From Squalus acanthias (lineage: Eukaryota): a DNA stretch of 64,000 nt. Location of the stretch: contig CM059432.1 in the NCBI GenBank assembly GCA_030390025.1, positions 37,946,001-38,010,000 on the forward strand. The letters are read 5' to 3'. Shown piece by piece: positions 12,667-23,276 of this stretch (position 1 is its first letter; each line of letters begins with the position of its first letter). Position numbers and translations under genes: made by a program. The notes beneath the pieces were generated by a model that saw nothing but the letters and a program-made list of their open reading frames with translations, searched no databases and was not told the origin of the DNA.

Positions 12667-13335
12667 ATGGCGGACATGAACGCAGTTTCCGTGAAACTGC
12701 CGGAGTTTTGGGAAAACCAGCCCGAAGCCTGGTTTCTCCAAGCTGAATCTCGCTTCCGGCTGCGAAATATCACCACAGATGGGACGAAGTACGACTATCT
12801 CGTCACATCACTCGGTAGCGCCGCAGTTTCAAAGGTTTGGACAGCGCTGCAGAACCCACCAGAGGAAGGCAAGTACGCACATCTCAGGACAGCGCTCCTT
12901 AAAAAATTTACGGCCTCGGCATATCAGCGAAACTGCCACCTCCTCGACCTTCTAGGCCTCGGTGATGCCTCACCGTCAGACCTCCTCTCCCACATGCTCT
13001 CCCTCACCGACGAGAGCCCACCCGGATCACTCTTCCGCATGCTGTTCATCCGCCCGCTCCCTCTCAGCATCCGCCCAGCGATCGTGGCGTCCGGCCTCAC
13101 GAACCTGGAAGCCCTGGCCGATGAGGCCGACAAGCTGCTGTCCGCTCACTCCAGCCGCGACGTCACTCCGGACCTGGCAGCCAATGCCTGGGCGCGCCCC
13201 TCACTGGCAACCACGCGGCCACAAGGGCCAGCCACCAGGCCCACGGGCCTTCGCGCCCCACTAACCCGGGCCACTGTTACTACCACGCACGGTTCGGCGC
13301 CAGAGCACAACGGTGCACACCTCCCTGCTCTTTCA
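12667..13335 (+). CDS. gag: Gypsy Gag with CHCC knuckle (one frame change before the knuckle)
   Basis: AVSVKLPEFWENQPEAWFLQAE N-terminus; CYYHARFGARAQRCTPPC at 13275 lies in the pol frame. Confidence 0.85.
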
Positions 13336-13361
13336 AGTCCGCCCCCGTACCAGCCCCCGCG

Positions 13362-15593
13362 ATGGCCGTGGGCCACGCGGGCTCCCTGCTGTTCGTTACG
13401 GATGACAAAACCGGCCGCCAGTTCCTGTGCGACACTGGGGCTCAGCACAGCATCATCCCGGCCTCCTCCCTCGACATCCAAAAGGGCGAACGAGGACCGG
13501 CGCTGGCTGCTGCTAACGGCTCGGAAATCTGGACGTATGGCACCCGGACAGTCACCCTCGACCTCGCTGGTTGCCGCTACCGATGGGAGTTCATCACTGC
13601 CAAGGTGCTCTCCCCTCTCATCGGCGCAGATTTCCTGTGCGCCCACGGCCTACTGGTAGACATCCCCCGTCACCGCCTCGTGGACATGAACACCATGTCC
13701 CCCATCCTGGGCACCATGGCCCCCCGTCAACCCGCCGACATGGCGTCACAGTGCCACGCCCGGGCCACGGATGACTACTCGGCACTCCTGGCCGAATTTC
13801 CGGCCCTTACCAATCCGACCTTCTCCGCGGAGGCCGCCAAACACGGGGTGGAACACTTCATCCCCACCACAGGCCCACCAGTGTACGCCCACGCCCGCAG
13901 GCTGGACCCGACCAAACTGGAGATCGCGCGGACCGAGTTTGCCACCATGGAACAGCTCGGCATCATCCGCCGCTCCAACAGTCCCTGGGCCTCCCCACTC
14001 CACATCGCCCCCAAACCAGGCGGAGGTTGGCGCCCCTGCAGGGATTACTGCCGCCTCAACGACGCCACCACCCCTGATCGGTACCCCGTGCCGCACATTC
14101 AGGACTTCTCGGCTAGACTGGCCGGCCGCTCAGTCTTTTCCAAGGTCGACCTGGTGCGCGGCTACCACCAAGTCCCTGTCCACCCCGCGGACGTCCCCAA
14201 GACGGCCGTAATCACCCCCTTCGGCCTGTTCGAGTTCCTGCGGATGCCCTTCGGCCTCAAAAACGCGGCCCAGGCATTCCAGCGGCTCATGGACTCGGTC
14301 CTTCGGGACCTGAAGTTCCTGTTCATCTACCTGGACGACATCCTGGTAGCCAGTTCCTCCAAGCAGGAACACCTCGAACACCTTCGCATCCTGTTCGGGC
14401 GCCTCAGCGACCACGGGCTCATCCTCAGCCCAGCCAAATGCCAGTTCGGCCTGGACAAGATCGACTTCCTCAGCCACCACATCACCCATGCTGGGGCCAT
14501 TCCCCTGCCCACCAAGGTGCAGGCCGTCCAACAATTTCCCCGCCCCACCACCATCAAAGGCCTCCAGGAGTTCCTCGGGATGGTGAATTTCTATAACCGC
14601 TTCATCCCCAAAGCGGCGTCCCTCATGAGGCCCCTGTATGAAGCCCTCCGGGGCAGGAGCGGCAAGATGGCGGTCGAATGGACGGCAGACGCATCCGCCG
14701 CCTTCGACTCCACCAAGACCGCGCTCGCCAACGTCATCCTGCTCGCGCACCCACGGCCCAATGCCAGGGTAGCGCTCACCACGGACGCCTCCGACCACGC
14801 GGTCGGCGCCGTGTATGAGCAGTGGGTCGACGGCGCCTGGCAACCACTTGCCTTCTTCAGCCGCCAACTACGCCCCCCGGAGGTCAAGTACAGCACCTTC
14901 GACCGTGAACTCCTCGCGCTGTTCCTGGCGGTCCGCCATTTCCGGTTTTTGCTTGAGGGCCACCCCTTCACTGCGTTTGTCGACCACAAGCCCCTGACAT
15001 TCGCAATGGCAAAGACAACCGACCCCTGGTCCGCCAGGCAGCAGCGCCAGCTCGCGGCAGTGTCCGAGTTCACCACGGACATCCAACACGTCTCCGGCCG
15101 AGACAATGTGGTAGCCGACTGCCTCTCCCGCCCCGCCATCCACGCCGCACACCTGGCAGTCGACTACGCTCAACTCGCAGCAGACCAGATCACCGACCCT
15201 GATCTGCTCTCCGCACCCACCAACCTACCAGGGCTACGCCTGGCCGACGTCGCCTGTGGCCCGACCGCAGTCACGGTCAAGTGCAACATATCCCTATGTC
15301 AACCTCGGCCCGTTGTCCCAGCGTCCTGGCGCCGCCGGGTATTCGACATTCTCCACAACCTCTCCCACCCTGGCGCCCGCGCATCCATCAAATTGGTAGC
15401 CAACCGCTTCATCTGGCGCAGCCTTCGCAAGGATGTGCGCACTTGGGCCAACTCCTGCCTAGCCTGCCAACGGGCCAAGGTACAGCAACACACGAAAGCA
15501 CTCCTCGAGGAGTTTACCGTCCCCTCGCGGAGATTCGACCACATCCACGTGGACGTCGTTGGGCCCCTGCCGCCGTCGCAAGGCCACACGCAC
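13362..15593 (+). CDS. pol: Gypsy Pol (protease, RT, RNase H, integrase N-terminal part)
   Basis: FLCDTGA, KVDLVRGYHQ, MPFGLKNA, YLDD, TDASD, HNLSHPG...CLAC, HIHVDVVGPLP; cut at 15593 by the retroviral LTR. Confidence 0.95.
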
Positions 15594-17206
15594 TGTAAGG
15601 GATTCTGACCCTGCGTGTCTCGCAGCCTGTGAGATTCACGCGGCTCTGTGCAGCCTGTATGTCAGTGCGGGTCTAGGCCTTGTTGCCTGTTCTGGTCTCC
15701 AGCCAGTCTGGGAACACTAGACACACCTGTGAGTGGTTCGAATCACTCTCCCTTACGGTTCTAGACACTGGACTTAGATGCGAGAGCAGTAATGGAGATG
15801 AAACTCATGTAGACTTGGTTTGAATGGTACGAAATGGAAAATCTTTATTGCATGATACTTAAGATTATGAAATTCATGTCATAAGCACAGATTAATGACA
15901 GTACAATCTTACAGAGTTATATAGTCGATCTTAGGGAAACGAGGAACGAACGGCACAAAGTAAATAGGGGCACACATTACAAATATCCTTAATCCTTAAA
16001 CCCTCCCCTATCAATATCTATCCTAAACTAGATTCGTAGGATTTCGAGACTCATGCTCACCACTCGTGATAACTCGGAGAAATTCCGAATAGCTGATCGG
16101 ATGTTTTTCACCGCAGCACCCACGTGTCGGTCAGGAGATCTCCTGGTCCCACTTGTTTACTTGCTTCTGCTGCTCCGGCTAGCAGGCTGGACCGTCTGCT
16201 GTGATGAAGATCTATATTGGTTGGTTTAACAGGTACTCTTCGAGCACAGTTGTCGATATCGTCGATACGATATGTTTCCTTGCAAGTTCGAAGAAGTCTT
16301 CCTGGCGAGGAAAACTTGGCTAATCGACCTACAGGCGCGGTCGGGATTTACTGACCGTGGCGATGGATATGGTCTTCCTCTCTTCTCATCTCATCTCATC
16401 TCATCTCGGGCCTTCGGTTCCGCTGCCAGTTACCAACATAGGTCTTCGTTACGCGACACGAGGTAGATCCGAACGGATCAGAAAGTTCAACAGTCTTTTC
16501 AGAAGAGGCAACAGGCAAGCAGAAGCCCAACTACGAGTACACAGGGGCAGCCACGATGATAAGAGCAGCAAGAGAGAGAATGGACGGTTTGGAGCCTGCA
16601 ATTATAGTGCAAAATCTTCCGTTTCCCGCCCAACTATAATGTCCATTCTTTTGTTTAGGGTTTGGCGCTCAAATGTCTTGTATGGGTGATCTCCGTTCTT
16701 AATGGGTTTCGGGGCTACTCGTAAATGTCTGAGTACCTGTTAATATTTCTCCCATTGTTAAATCGGTCGGTGTTCTCCCTGGAGGGGTTTGGGGCTTCCA
16801 AGTGTCCTGTATAACTACCTGCTAACGGCTCTCTCATCGTAGAGTCGTTGGGATTTTACATATTAATGTCTTTTGGATGGGCCCTTGATTACTCGGTACA
16901 ATGGCTTTCCTTTGTACCTGGGAGACCGATTTCAGTATCTATGTGTATACTGCAAACCCATAATGTCTTGTGTATTATCTTCACTGTGCTGAATCTTAAT
17001 CGATCTTGCACAAATGTTTATTGGAACGCCATCTTGTCTGCCTGTTGAAAAGTCTAGAATGTTCTGTCACGAGGTGCGGCGGCCATTTTACAGGCTGCTT
17101 GTGTCCACTTTAAACCTGCCAGCATTCTACTGAAATAAAAGCTGTTTGAACGAAACTCTGTGTTTTCTCCTTATTAATAAAATCGCGATATATTGCGAAT
17201 TCTACA
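15594..17206 (-). repeat. 3' LTR (1613 bp)
   Basis: Direct repeat of 23277-24946; minus-strand AATAAA at 15844-15849; preceded by PPT-like AACAGGAGGGAC at 17207-17218. Confidence 0.95.
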
Positions 17207-17647
17207 GTCCCTCCTGTTGATGCGAATAACTCCGCTTATCGTATCAAAAATCATCGTGGTGAGCAATATTATCTCGATTTCTCTCCGAATCCAGTAAATT
17301 AATCCCATAATTTTTAACTTAGCTAGGGTCTCTGTGTCGTCCTTATTTCCCAAGAAAATCACATTTTATATCACCGTAGGCATTATTTGCCCTTAAACTT
17401 ACACCACTTGTTTTCCTTCCCGGCGTAACCAGGCCGATACCCCTCGTATCACCTGTATATTTGTCTTTTATTCAGGGAAAGGAAAAAACAAAACCCAAAA
17501 CCAAACAATCAACACCATCACCAAAATAATCAAACCCCAACTCTTAAAACATGTCGAGTTCCCAACGTATTTACAATCTCTGAAAATCTTATATGAGTAC
17601 AAACTTCCGCGGCGCACGCGGCGAGCGGGAGTGACGCCATTTTCCGA

Positions 17648-19999
17648 TTACACGGTGCTCTCATCGTGCACGCGCACGTAACGTTCTCGCCACTCTCCCG
17701 TGTTTTCATGCTTGGTGAGGCGCTTGTCTCTTTTACAATGTATGACCAATAGGTACACTACAATAAACACTTGACATACGACTAAAATGTGGGAGGCTAT
17801 TCTGATCCATGAAGGCACTTCAATATTAGTGAACAGATTCCACCACGGTGGAACTACTATGTCCATAATGTCTGTTCCTATTTCGACAGTTTTCTGCTCT
17901 AATGTATAAAAATGTTTCTGTGATACCGCGACGGCTTTCAGAAGTTTGGTTAAGTGTTCAGGGAGAGGGGGAATGAGGTATCCAAAATGCGCGACAAATC
18001 GCTGCAAGTCGGTGAAATTCTCTTTTACTGTGAGATGAACAGTGGATGGTTCAGGGATTGGGATAATTCGCTGTTGTGCTACTTGAACTTCAGCCCTGGG
18101 TTTAAAACAGAAACTGCTGTCACTCACCGGACACCGGCTACGGTTTCCATGCTGGTAGTGTTGCGCTGCAGTGGTAACACAATATGTTCCACCCCCGATG
18201 TATGCTACCTGCGGAGGCACATGATCTTGTGCCATTGCCTCCATGGTGCAATTCATGGACTTGGCGCCAGCCGTTCTGAACCCGCACTGTGGTGTTAAAA
18301 AGGCATTCAAGTGCTGGGGGCACAGTATTATGTGCGCTCCCCTGCCACGACAACCAGAGAGATCTGTACCTGTCATCGTTTGCTCCCAGCGGATGACGTA
18401 AGGTGGAACCGCTGCGTAACGAATGTGGGCTCCCCCCTGAATGACACCAATGTTCTCTACCCGATATACCGGGGCGGGCTTTGCTGTGTCGCCCAAAACC
18501 GGCATGCGTAATACTATTCCCATAATAGTATGGTTTGAACGTCCGCAGTCCACGGGGACTGGGTAAGCTTCTGAAGCTAGCCTGAGCTGGCACGGGTTTA
18601 ATGTGTTCTGAAAAGGGTGGAGCGCCCGTAGGTGTTTGTTACTTATCCAGGACGGAACCAAACCTTGTTTTAAATCCTCCAAATTACTGCGGCCCTCGCC
18701 CAGTAACCACGCCCCGTAAAGCACGCACACCTCGTTCTGCGCAGCTTGATCGGATGCATTCCGATCTTCCCTGATCAGGGCATTTACCGTACGCGCATGT
18801 TTCTCCAGCTCTGCTATAATTTCCTTTAAATGGAGAGTCATGGCTTGGTCCTCGTGTAAACCCGACCCTACCACTTTATTCTCATCTGTTAGAATGTCTT
18901 TTAACTGTGTTTTTAAACCATTAATCTGGGTCTGCAGCTCCACACTGTCTAGAGCGTTGACCACAGATGTCCCTGTGTTAAAAGCAGTGAACGCATCGTT
19001 CACCAAACCCCTTCTTTGCCTCCCTACTTGATCCAAAACTTCCTGCGGTGCGGTGTACAAACTTGTCTTATCAATTTCTGCAAAATCAAACTCGTAAAAT
19101 TGTCTGAACATCTTGGTCAACAGGACCTGATACAACTGTTCCGTCTTTTTGGGGCACCACTCTGGTAACCGTACCTCAGTGAGATTTAAAATCACCGAGG
19201 CCACCGCGTAATGTACCCCCTGAAAGAGTATCTGGTCTGTGGGGACCAGTACCAAACCATTCCCGGGTCCCTTACTAGTTTTAGGGCACCCTTCTTCCTC
19301 AGCTAGAACCACCGGAATCGTGGGCGGGGCTTTGCGTGGGCGCGTAATGAGTTCAGTGGCATTTACTGGGATCGGGGAGAATGGGGCTCCGCACCCCCTG
19401 GTGCTCGCATCCCACCTCATCCCCTGTCCGTTATCCTGCCATTGATTAATAAAAAATATGGAGATGCCTTTGGGGCAAACGTACTTTGACCCCCACATAC
19501 ATACATAAATTCCCTCATCCGGTTCCCACCATTTGTCCCAACAGACTTTCACTTGTCCGTCTGTCCCCGTAATTGTCCGATGGGTATTATTACCCAGTCG
19601 TTCCCACTCGACCGAAGAGTTTCTCATAGTTTTGCTCAGCTTTCGCAGCCACCACCATCGGCTCAATGGGACCTTCCCACTACAAGTCAAACAAATCCGT
19701 TTGCCGACGGTGACGCTGATCCTGGGTGCGATGATCCTTACTTTGGGGCACAGTAAAGAAGTCTCTTGGTAGGCAAACCCCGATGTGCTGGAATACTCCG
19801 TTGAGTTCGTTCCCAGCCATCCTGGCCACCTTCCCTTGTGGAAATAGGTGCTGGTCCCCTCTGCCTTCCGTCTTCCGGTCCCATCCACCGCGATGGGGGC
19901 CGTGTCCCCGGAACATCCAAACACCACGACATCCTTGGTGCGGCCTCGATAGGCCAATCCACATCCGATTGCCACGAGCAATACTAGAATTCGTTCCAT
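17648..19999 (-). CDS. env: Envelope glycoprotein: signal peptide, Ig-like domain, class I F-type fusion protein, TM anchor (ORF open from 20158)
   Basis: MERILVLLVAIGCGLA signal; CLTC...WWW...DEGIYVC; furin site RQRR (19010-19021) followed by GLVNDAFTAFNTGTSVVNAL and a heptad repeat; Cys-rich region; C-terminal hydrophobic ILVVCQVFIVVYLLVI. Confidence 0.88.
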   Translation of the reverse strand: MERILVLLVAIGCGLAYRGRTKDVVVFGCSGDTAPIAVDGTGRRKAEGTSTYFHKGRWPGWLGTNSTEYSSTSGFAYQETSLLCPKVRIIAPRISVTVGKRICLTCSGKVPLSRWWWLRKLSKTMRNSSVEWERLGNNTHRTITGTDGQVKVCWDKWWEPDEGIYVCMWGSKYVCPKGISIFFINQWQDNGQGMRWDASTRGCGAPFSPIPVNATELITRPRKAPPTIPVVLAEEEGCPKTSKGPGNGLVLVPTDQILFQGVHYAVASVILNLTEVRLPEWCPKKTEQLYQVLLTKMFRQFYEFDFAEIDKTSLYTAPQEVLDQVGRQRRGLVNDAFTAFNTGTSVVNALDSVELQTQINGLKTQLKDILTDENKVVGSGLHEDQAMTLHLKEIIAELEKHARTVNALIREDRNASDQAAQNEVCVLYGAWLLGEGRSNLEDLKQGLVPSWISNKHLRALHPFQNTLNPCQLRLASEAYPVPVDCGRSNHTIMGIVLRMPVLGDTAKPAPVYRVENIGVIQGGAHIRYAAVPPYVIRWEQTMTGTDLSGCRGRGAHIILCPQHLNAFLTPQCGFRTAGAKSMNCTMEAMAQDHVPPQVAYIGGGTYCVTTAAQHYQHGNRSRCPVSDSSFCFKPRAEVQVAQQRIIPIPEPSTVHLTVKENFTDLQRFVAHFGYLIPPLPEHLTKLLKAVAVSQKHFYTLEQKTVEIGTDIMDIVVPPWWNLFTNIEVPSWIRIASHILVVCQVFIVVYLLVIHCKRDKRLTKHENTGEWRERYVRVHDESTV

Positions 20000-20012
20000 C
20001 CTTCCTTGGTTC

Positions 20013-20085
20013 CTGTGATCAGATAGAATGAGGTAGCCAGCCTCGCAAGAGTCTCTGGCTTTTGTGAAGGGTGAGCGGGTCCCCT
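20013..20085 (-). promoter_or_regulatory. Putative env splice acceptor
   Basis: TTCTATCTGATCACAG|GAACC just upstream of the signal-peptide ATG; acceptor and upstream CCCGCTCACCCTTCACAAAAGCC conserved at 59166-59235. Confidence 0.6.
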
Positions 20086-20311
20086 GACCTCGCCTCACGT
20101 AAACTTCAACGTTTGCTGAATAAACTTCCTCTAAACCTAACCTTACAACTCCCATCATTCATCGTTTTCTGTTAAAAACACTACAAACTTGGCCTTATTA
20201 AAATTACAACCTTAACCTTGAACTATAAACTTAAAACTTAACCTTGTTACTTATAAACTTAAAACTTAAAACTATAACTTTACAGTGCCGCCCGTTCTCA
20301 GGGCGGCCCCT

Positions 20312-21460
20312 TTAAATTCTGAGAAGGCTGCTGCGAGCTCTTCCCGACGGTGGGAGGGCACTGACCCTTCCCTCTGATCTGCCGCAGCCTGTTGCTGCGC
20401 TGACTCTTCCCTCTGATCTGCCGCAGCCTGTTACTGCTGCGATGTGGCCGGTCTGTACCCGGGTTATCTTAACCTGAAGTCTACGCCTTGGGGCAGTCTG
20501 GGGACATGACCACATCCTCCTGGGCTGGGGTTCTCTGCTTGACCTACGGGGAGTTGCTATGGGCGGGGGTTCCGTGACGGACGGACCGGGTTCCGAGACC
20601 TCCAACGGGATGACCTGGGGTTCCATCACAGTCGCCGGCTCCGCCTCCGCTGACTCCGCCTCCCTAACCTCGGGGCTGGCAGTTCGTGGCTCCGCCCTGC
20701 TCGGCCCAGCAAGCGGCCCTTCACTCGTGATCTCTGCCTCCCCTGAGGACTGGACGTTCAAAGCGGGCGGCCACATCTCTGGGAGCCACATCGGTACTCT
20801 CTGTGCTCCTATAGCGGCTGGCCCTGCCTCCTCTAGCTCCTCCCTCCTGTCCTCGGGACCTGCAGCTGGTGTGTCCACCCTGTGTGGATCTCTACCTATA
20901 GGCCCCATTCCCCCCAGACCGTTCCTCAGGAACCACCCGTCATCATCACTATGCTCATCTGCACTATCCTCATCTGACCAGGGTACCCTGGGTTCTTCCT
21001 CATCTAACCCCCAACTCCAGAAAAACGCTGCATGATCGTCCGGGATGTCCCTTCCCCTGATGCAAGCTGCTATGCCTGCCTGTGTGCCTTGTGGTCCTAC
21101 CTGGGGCTGTGCTTTCCCATTGGCGGGATTTACCCCTGTAGTTTTCCCCTGCGCACCCGGCTGGTACAGTTTGCATTGGTTTACATCCTCATACTCCCGG
21201 CTTTTGGCTACCCTGTAGGCTGCTTTTATCTCACTAAGCTGCGCTTCTAGCCTGAGCACGTCTAACTTTCCCATTGCTCGGGCGTTCTCCTCCCGCAGGG
21301 CCTGCTCTCTAAGCTGCCCTTCCAGCCCATCTATTTTCCCTATTAAGCGGGCGTTCTCCTCCCGCAAGGCCTGCTCTTTTAACCTGGCCTCCTCACCGCA
21401 GACCCCCTCCTGTGCGTGTCTTTTAAAAGGACACAGGTAGGCAGGCTGCGTGGGCTCTAG
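20312..21460 (-). CDS. Residual pol-frame ORF (~382 aa): Pol N-terminal stub + coiled-coil + integrase C-terminal and acidic/Pro-rich tail; in frame with gag
   Basis: No stop from 21460 to 20312; LEPTQPAYLCP and VNQCKLYQPGAQG match the two ends of pol in the 58-64 kb copy. Confidence 0.75.
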   Translation of the reverse strand, partial: LEPTQPAYLCPFKRHAQEGVCGEEARLKEQALREENARLIGKIDGLEGQLREQALREENARAMGKLDVLRLEAQLSEIKAAYRVAKSREYEDVNQCKLYQPGAQGKTTGVNPANGKAQPQVGPQGTQAGIAACIRGRDIPDDHAAFFWSWGLDEEEPRVPWSDEDSADEHSDDDGWFLRNGLGGMGPIGRDPHRVDTPAAGPEDRREELEEAGPAAIGAQRVPMWLPEMWPPALNVQSSGEAEITSEGPLAGPSRAEPRTASPEVREAESAEAEPATVMEPQVIPLEVSEPGPSVTEPPPIATPRRSSREPQPRRMWSCPQTAPRRRLQVKITRVQTGHIAAVTGCGRSEGRVSAATGCGRSEGRVSALPPSGRARSSLLRI

Positions 21461-23272
21461 TCATTGGGTACTATTAGACGGTCCTGCGGCACCTACGGGG
21501 CCGGTTGCGACCGCCACCTGTCCACGCGCATTCAAGACTAGCTTGCGCATGGCTCCTAACACTGCTTCGAGGTCGTCGGGAGGGGTGGGTGCCTTGGCTT
21601 CCTTAGCCGGGACCGGCGCCTGGGCTCGCACCGCGGGATTTTTATCCTTGGAATCCTTCCAAGGGTTCCTGCAATGCTTGCGCCAGTGCCCTGTCTTCCC
21701 ACACCCGTAACAAGCATTACTTGCCTGTGGGGCGCGATTACCCTCCTGATGCCACTCTCTTTGATACGGGGCTGCGGGTCGTACCTCATGTACTCTTCCC
21801 TTAAAGGGACGTGTCGTCATACCCCTTATATTACGATAACCTAACGTGAGTCGATTCAAGACCGACTCTTCCGTAAGGTTGAGGTCATTGGGATCAAACC
21901 ATGCTTTTGCCTGCTCTCTAACGGCTGGTAAACTGTTGGCTATTATGCACCTAAGCCAATGAGTTAAAGCGGCGCCTTCCACATCTTCGCGCTCGGGCGC
22001 ACCTAGACAGCTGCGCTCATATACTGGCCACAGCCTGTCGGCAAAAACCTTCGGGGGTTCTCCCTCCATCTGCACTGTCTGTCCCACTCTAGCAAACGGA
22101 CCTCCGTCGTTCGCCCCCAACACTTCCAGGACCTCATTCTTTAATTCCTCATAACTCTTGGTTCCCCTCTTGCTCTCGCCTGAGAGACACTGAAGGACCG
22201 AGCTGTCTAATGAGAACAGCAGCATTTTTGCTGTTTTCCCATCATCGCAGCCGTTAATGGCCGCGGCTTGCTCAACTTCTCTGAAATGTACGGAAGGGTC
22301 GTCTGCCTCGGTCAGCTTCCGTACGTGATTTATCATAGCTCTCAGCTGATGTGAACTGTGAGGCAACACCAGCTGTCCGAGGAGATCCCCCGGTTCTTCC
22401 CCACCGTTTCTGCTTGGGCCCCTTTTAATACCCGTTACTGGATACAGCGATCCCTTTTCTACTTCCTTTTCAATGGGCTCTTTTGTTTCTTCCATTGCTT
22501 CCTCCCTAACCCAGGTTTCTGAATAGCTGGGTGGCGCGGAGGGCGCAGTGGCTACTACTTCTTCTGCTTTACTTGGTGGGGATTTTCTAAATCTCTCATT
22601 TACTAGCGGCTGGTGCGCCGACGGATTGATAAGGCACACCATGCCGTTCGCATTGTTCACGGCCTTTTTGAGGTTCTCTATCTCCCTTTGGCAGGCGCTA
22701 TGGTCGGCTCCCTGAAACTTATCCTCAAGGGCCAACTTATATGCCGACCTAACCCCCATTAAGCTCTCTTCTTGAGTTCTTATCTGGGCAGCTTGGCGGT
22801 TACATCTTTCCTTTAACCTGCTCTCATTCAATTTTGCCTCAGTGACCTGGCACTCGAGATAATCTATCCTTGTTTTAAGGTGACTGGAGACTTCCTGGCT
22901 TTCCTGGTGTAACTCATTTAAATTCTTAATGAGCACCTCCCCTCCAGAAACCTTCTCCTCCATTTCTCCCTCTAAATGACTGATTCGAGCTACTAGCGCT
23001 GTAATGGTCTGGTTTGAAATCTGAACCTGCCTTTTGTAGCACATAAGCCAGACTGCTTTTTCGACTGTCTTTTTATGTTCCTTACTATCTGTCCACCTTT
23101 CGGCTGCCTCTAGTGGACTCTTATCCGCTAACAATTCACTTATCCATTTCTTGGTTAGATTAACCTTTCCAAACACATAATCCGCTATCTTTTCCTGCAT
23201 AACATTTCGTACAGTCATTCCAAAATCTAACACACTACCCTCTCGCTGCCAGTGTCCTGCCGCGGTCGCCAT
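21461..23272 (-). CDS. gag: Gag, 603 aa from the first ATG: coiled-coil region, capsid-like region, CCHC knuckle
   Basis: CYGCGKTGHWRKHC; PSAPPSY late-domain-like motif; heptad-rich N-terminal half; located between PBS and the pol frame. Confidence 0.9.
   Translation of the reverse strand: MATAAGHWQREGSVLDFGMTVRNVMQEKIADYVFGKVNLTKKWISELLADKSPLEAAERWTDSKEHKKTVEKAVWLMCYKRQVQISNQTITALVARISHLEGEMEEKVSGGEVLIKNLNELHQESQEVSSHLKTRIDYLECQVTEAKLNESRLKERCNRQAAQIRTQEESLMGVRSAYKLALEDKFQGADHSACQREIENLKKAVNNANGMVCLINPSAHQPLVNERFRKSPPSKAEEVVATAPSAPPSYSETWVREEAMEETKEPIEKEVEKGSLYPVTGIKRGPSRNGGEEPGDLLGQLVLPHSSHQLRAMINHVRKLTEADDPSVHFREVEQAAAINGCDDGKTAKMLLFSLDSSVLQCLSGESKRGTKSYEELKNEVLEVLGANDGGPFARVGQTVQMEGEPPKVFADRLWPVYERSCLGAPEREDVEGAALTHWLRCIIANSLPAVREQAKAWFDPNDLNLTEESVLNRLTLGYRNIRGMTTRPFKGRVHEVRPAAPYQREWHQEGNRAPQASNACYGCGKTGHWRKHCRNPWKDSKDKNPAVRAQAPVPAKEAKAPTPPDDLEAVLGAMRKLVLNARGQVAVATGPVGAAGPSNSTQ
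23254..23271 (-). promoter_or_regulatory. Primer binding site, tRNA-Arg(TCG)
   Basis: TGGCGACCGCGGCAGGAC, 5 nt after the LTR end; complementary to the vertebrate tRNA-Arg(TCG) 3' end GTCCTGCCGCGGTCGCCA (recalled). Confidence 0.85.
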
Positions 23273-23276
23273 TTTC

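Larger units (their letters stand above)
12389..15593 (+). mobile_element. Ty3/Gypsy LTR retrotransposon, CsRN1-like, 3'-truncated inside integrase
   Basis: 5' LTR TGTGG...CAACA at 12389-12626; tRNA-Trp PBS TGGTGACCCCGACG at 12628-12641; gag and pol follow; no 3' LTR. Confidence 0.92.

Noticed and set aside
13146..15589. Multiple antisense and alternate-frame ORFs over the Gypsy pol
   Set aside because: Expected shadow ORFs in GC-rich coding sequence; no recognisable motifs.
20000..20158. 53-aa N-terminal extension of Env
   Set aside because: Frame is broken in the second copy, and a conserved splice acceptor lies just before the signal-peptide ATG at 19999.
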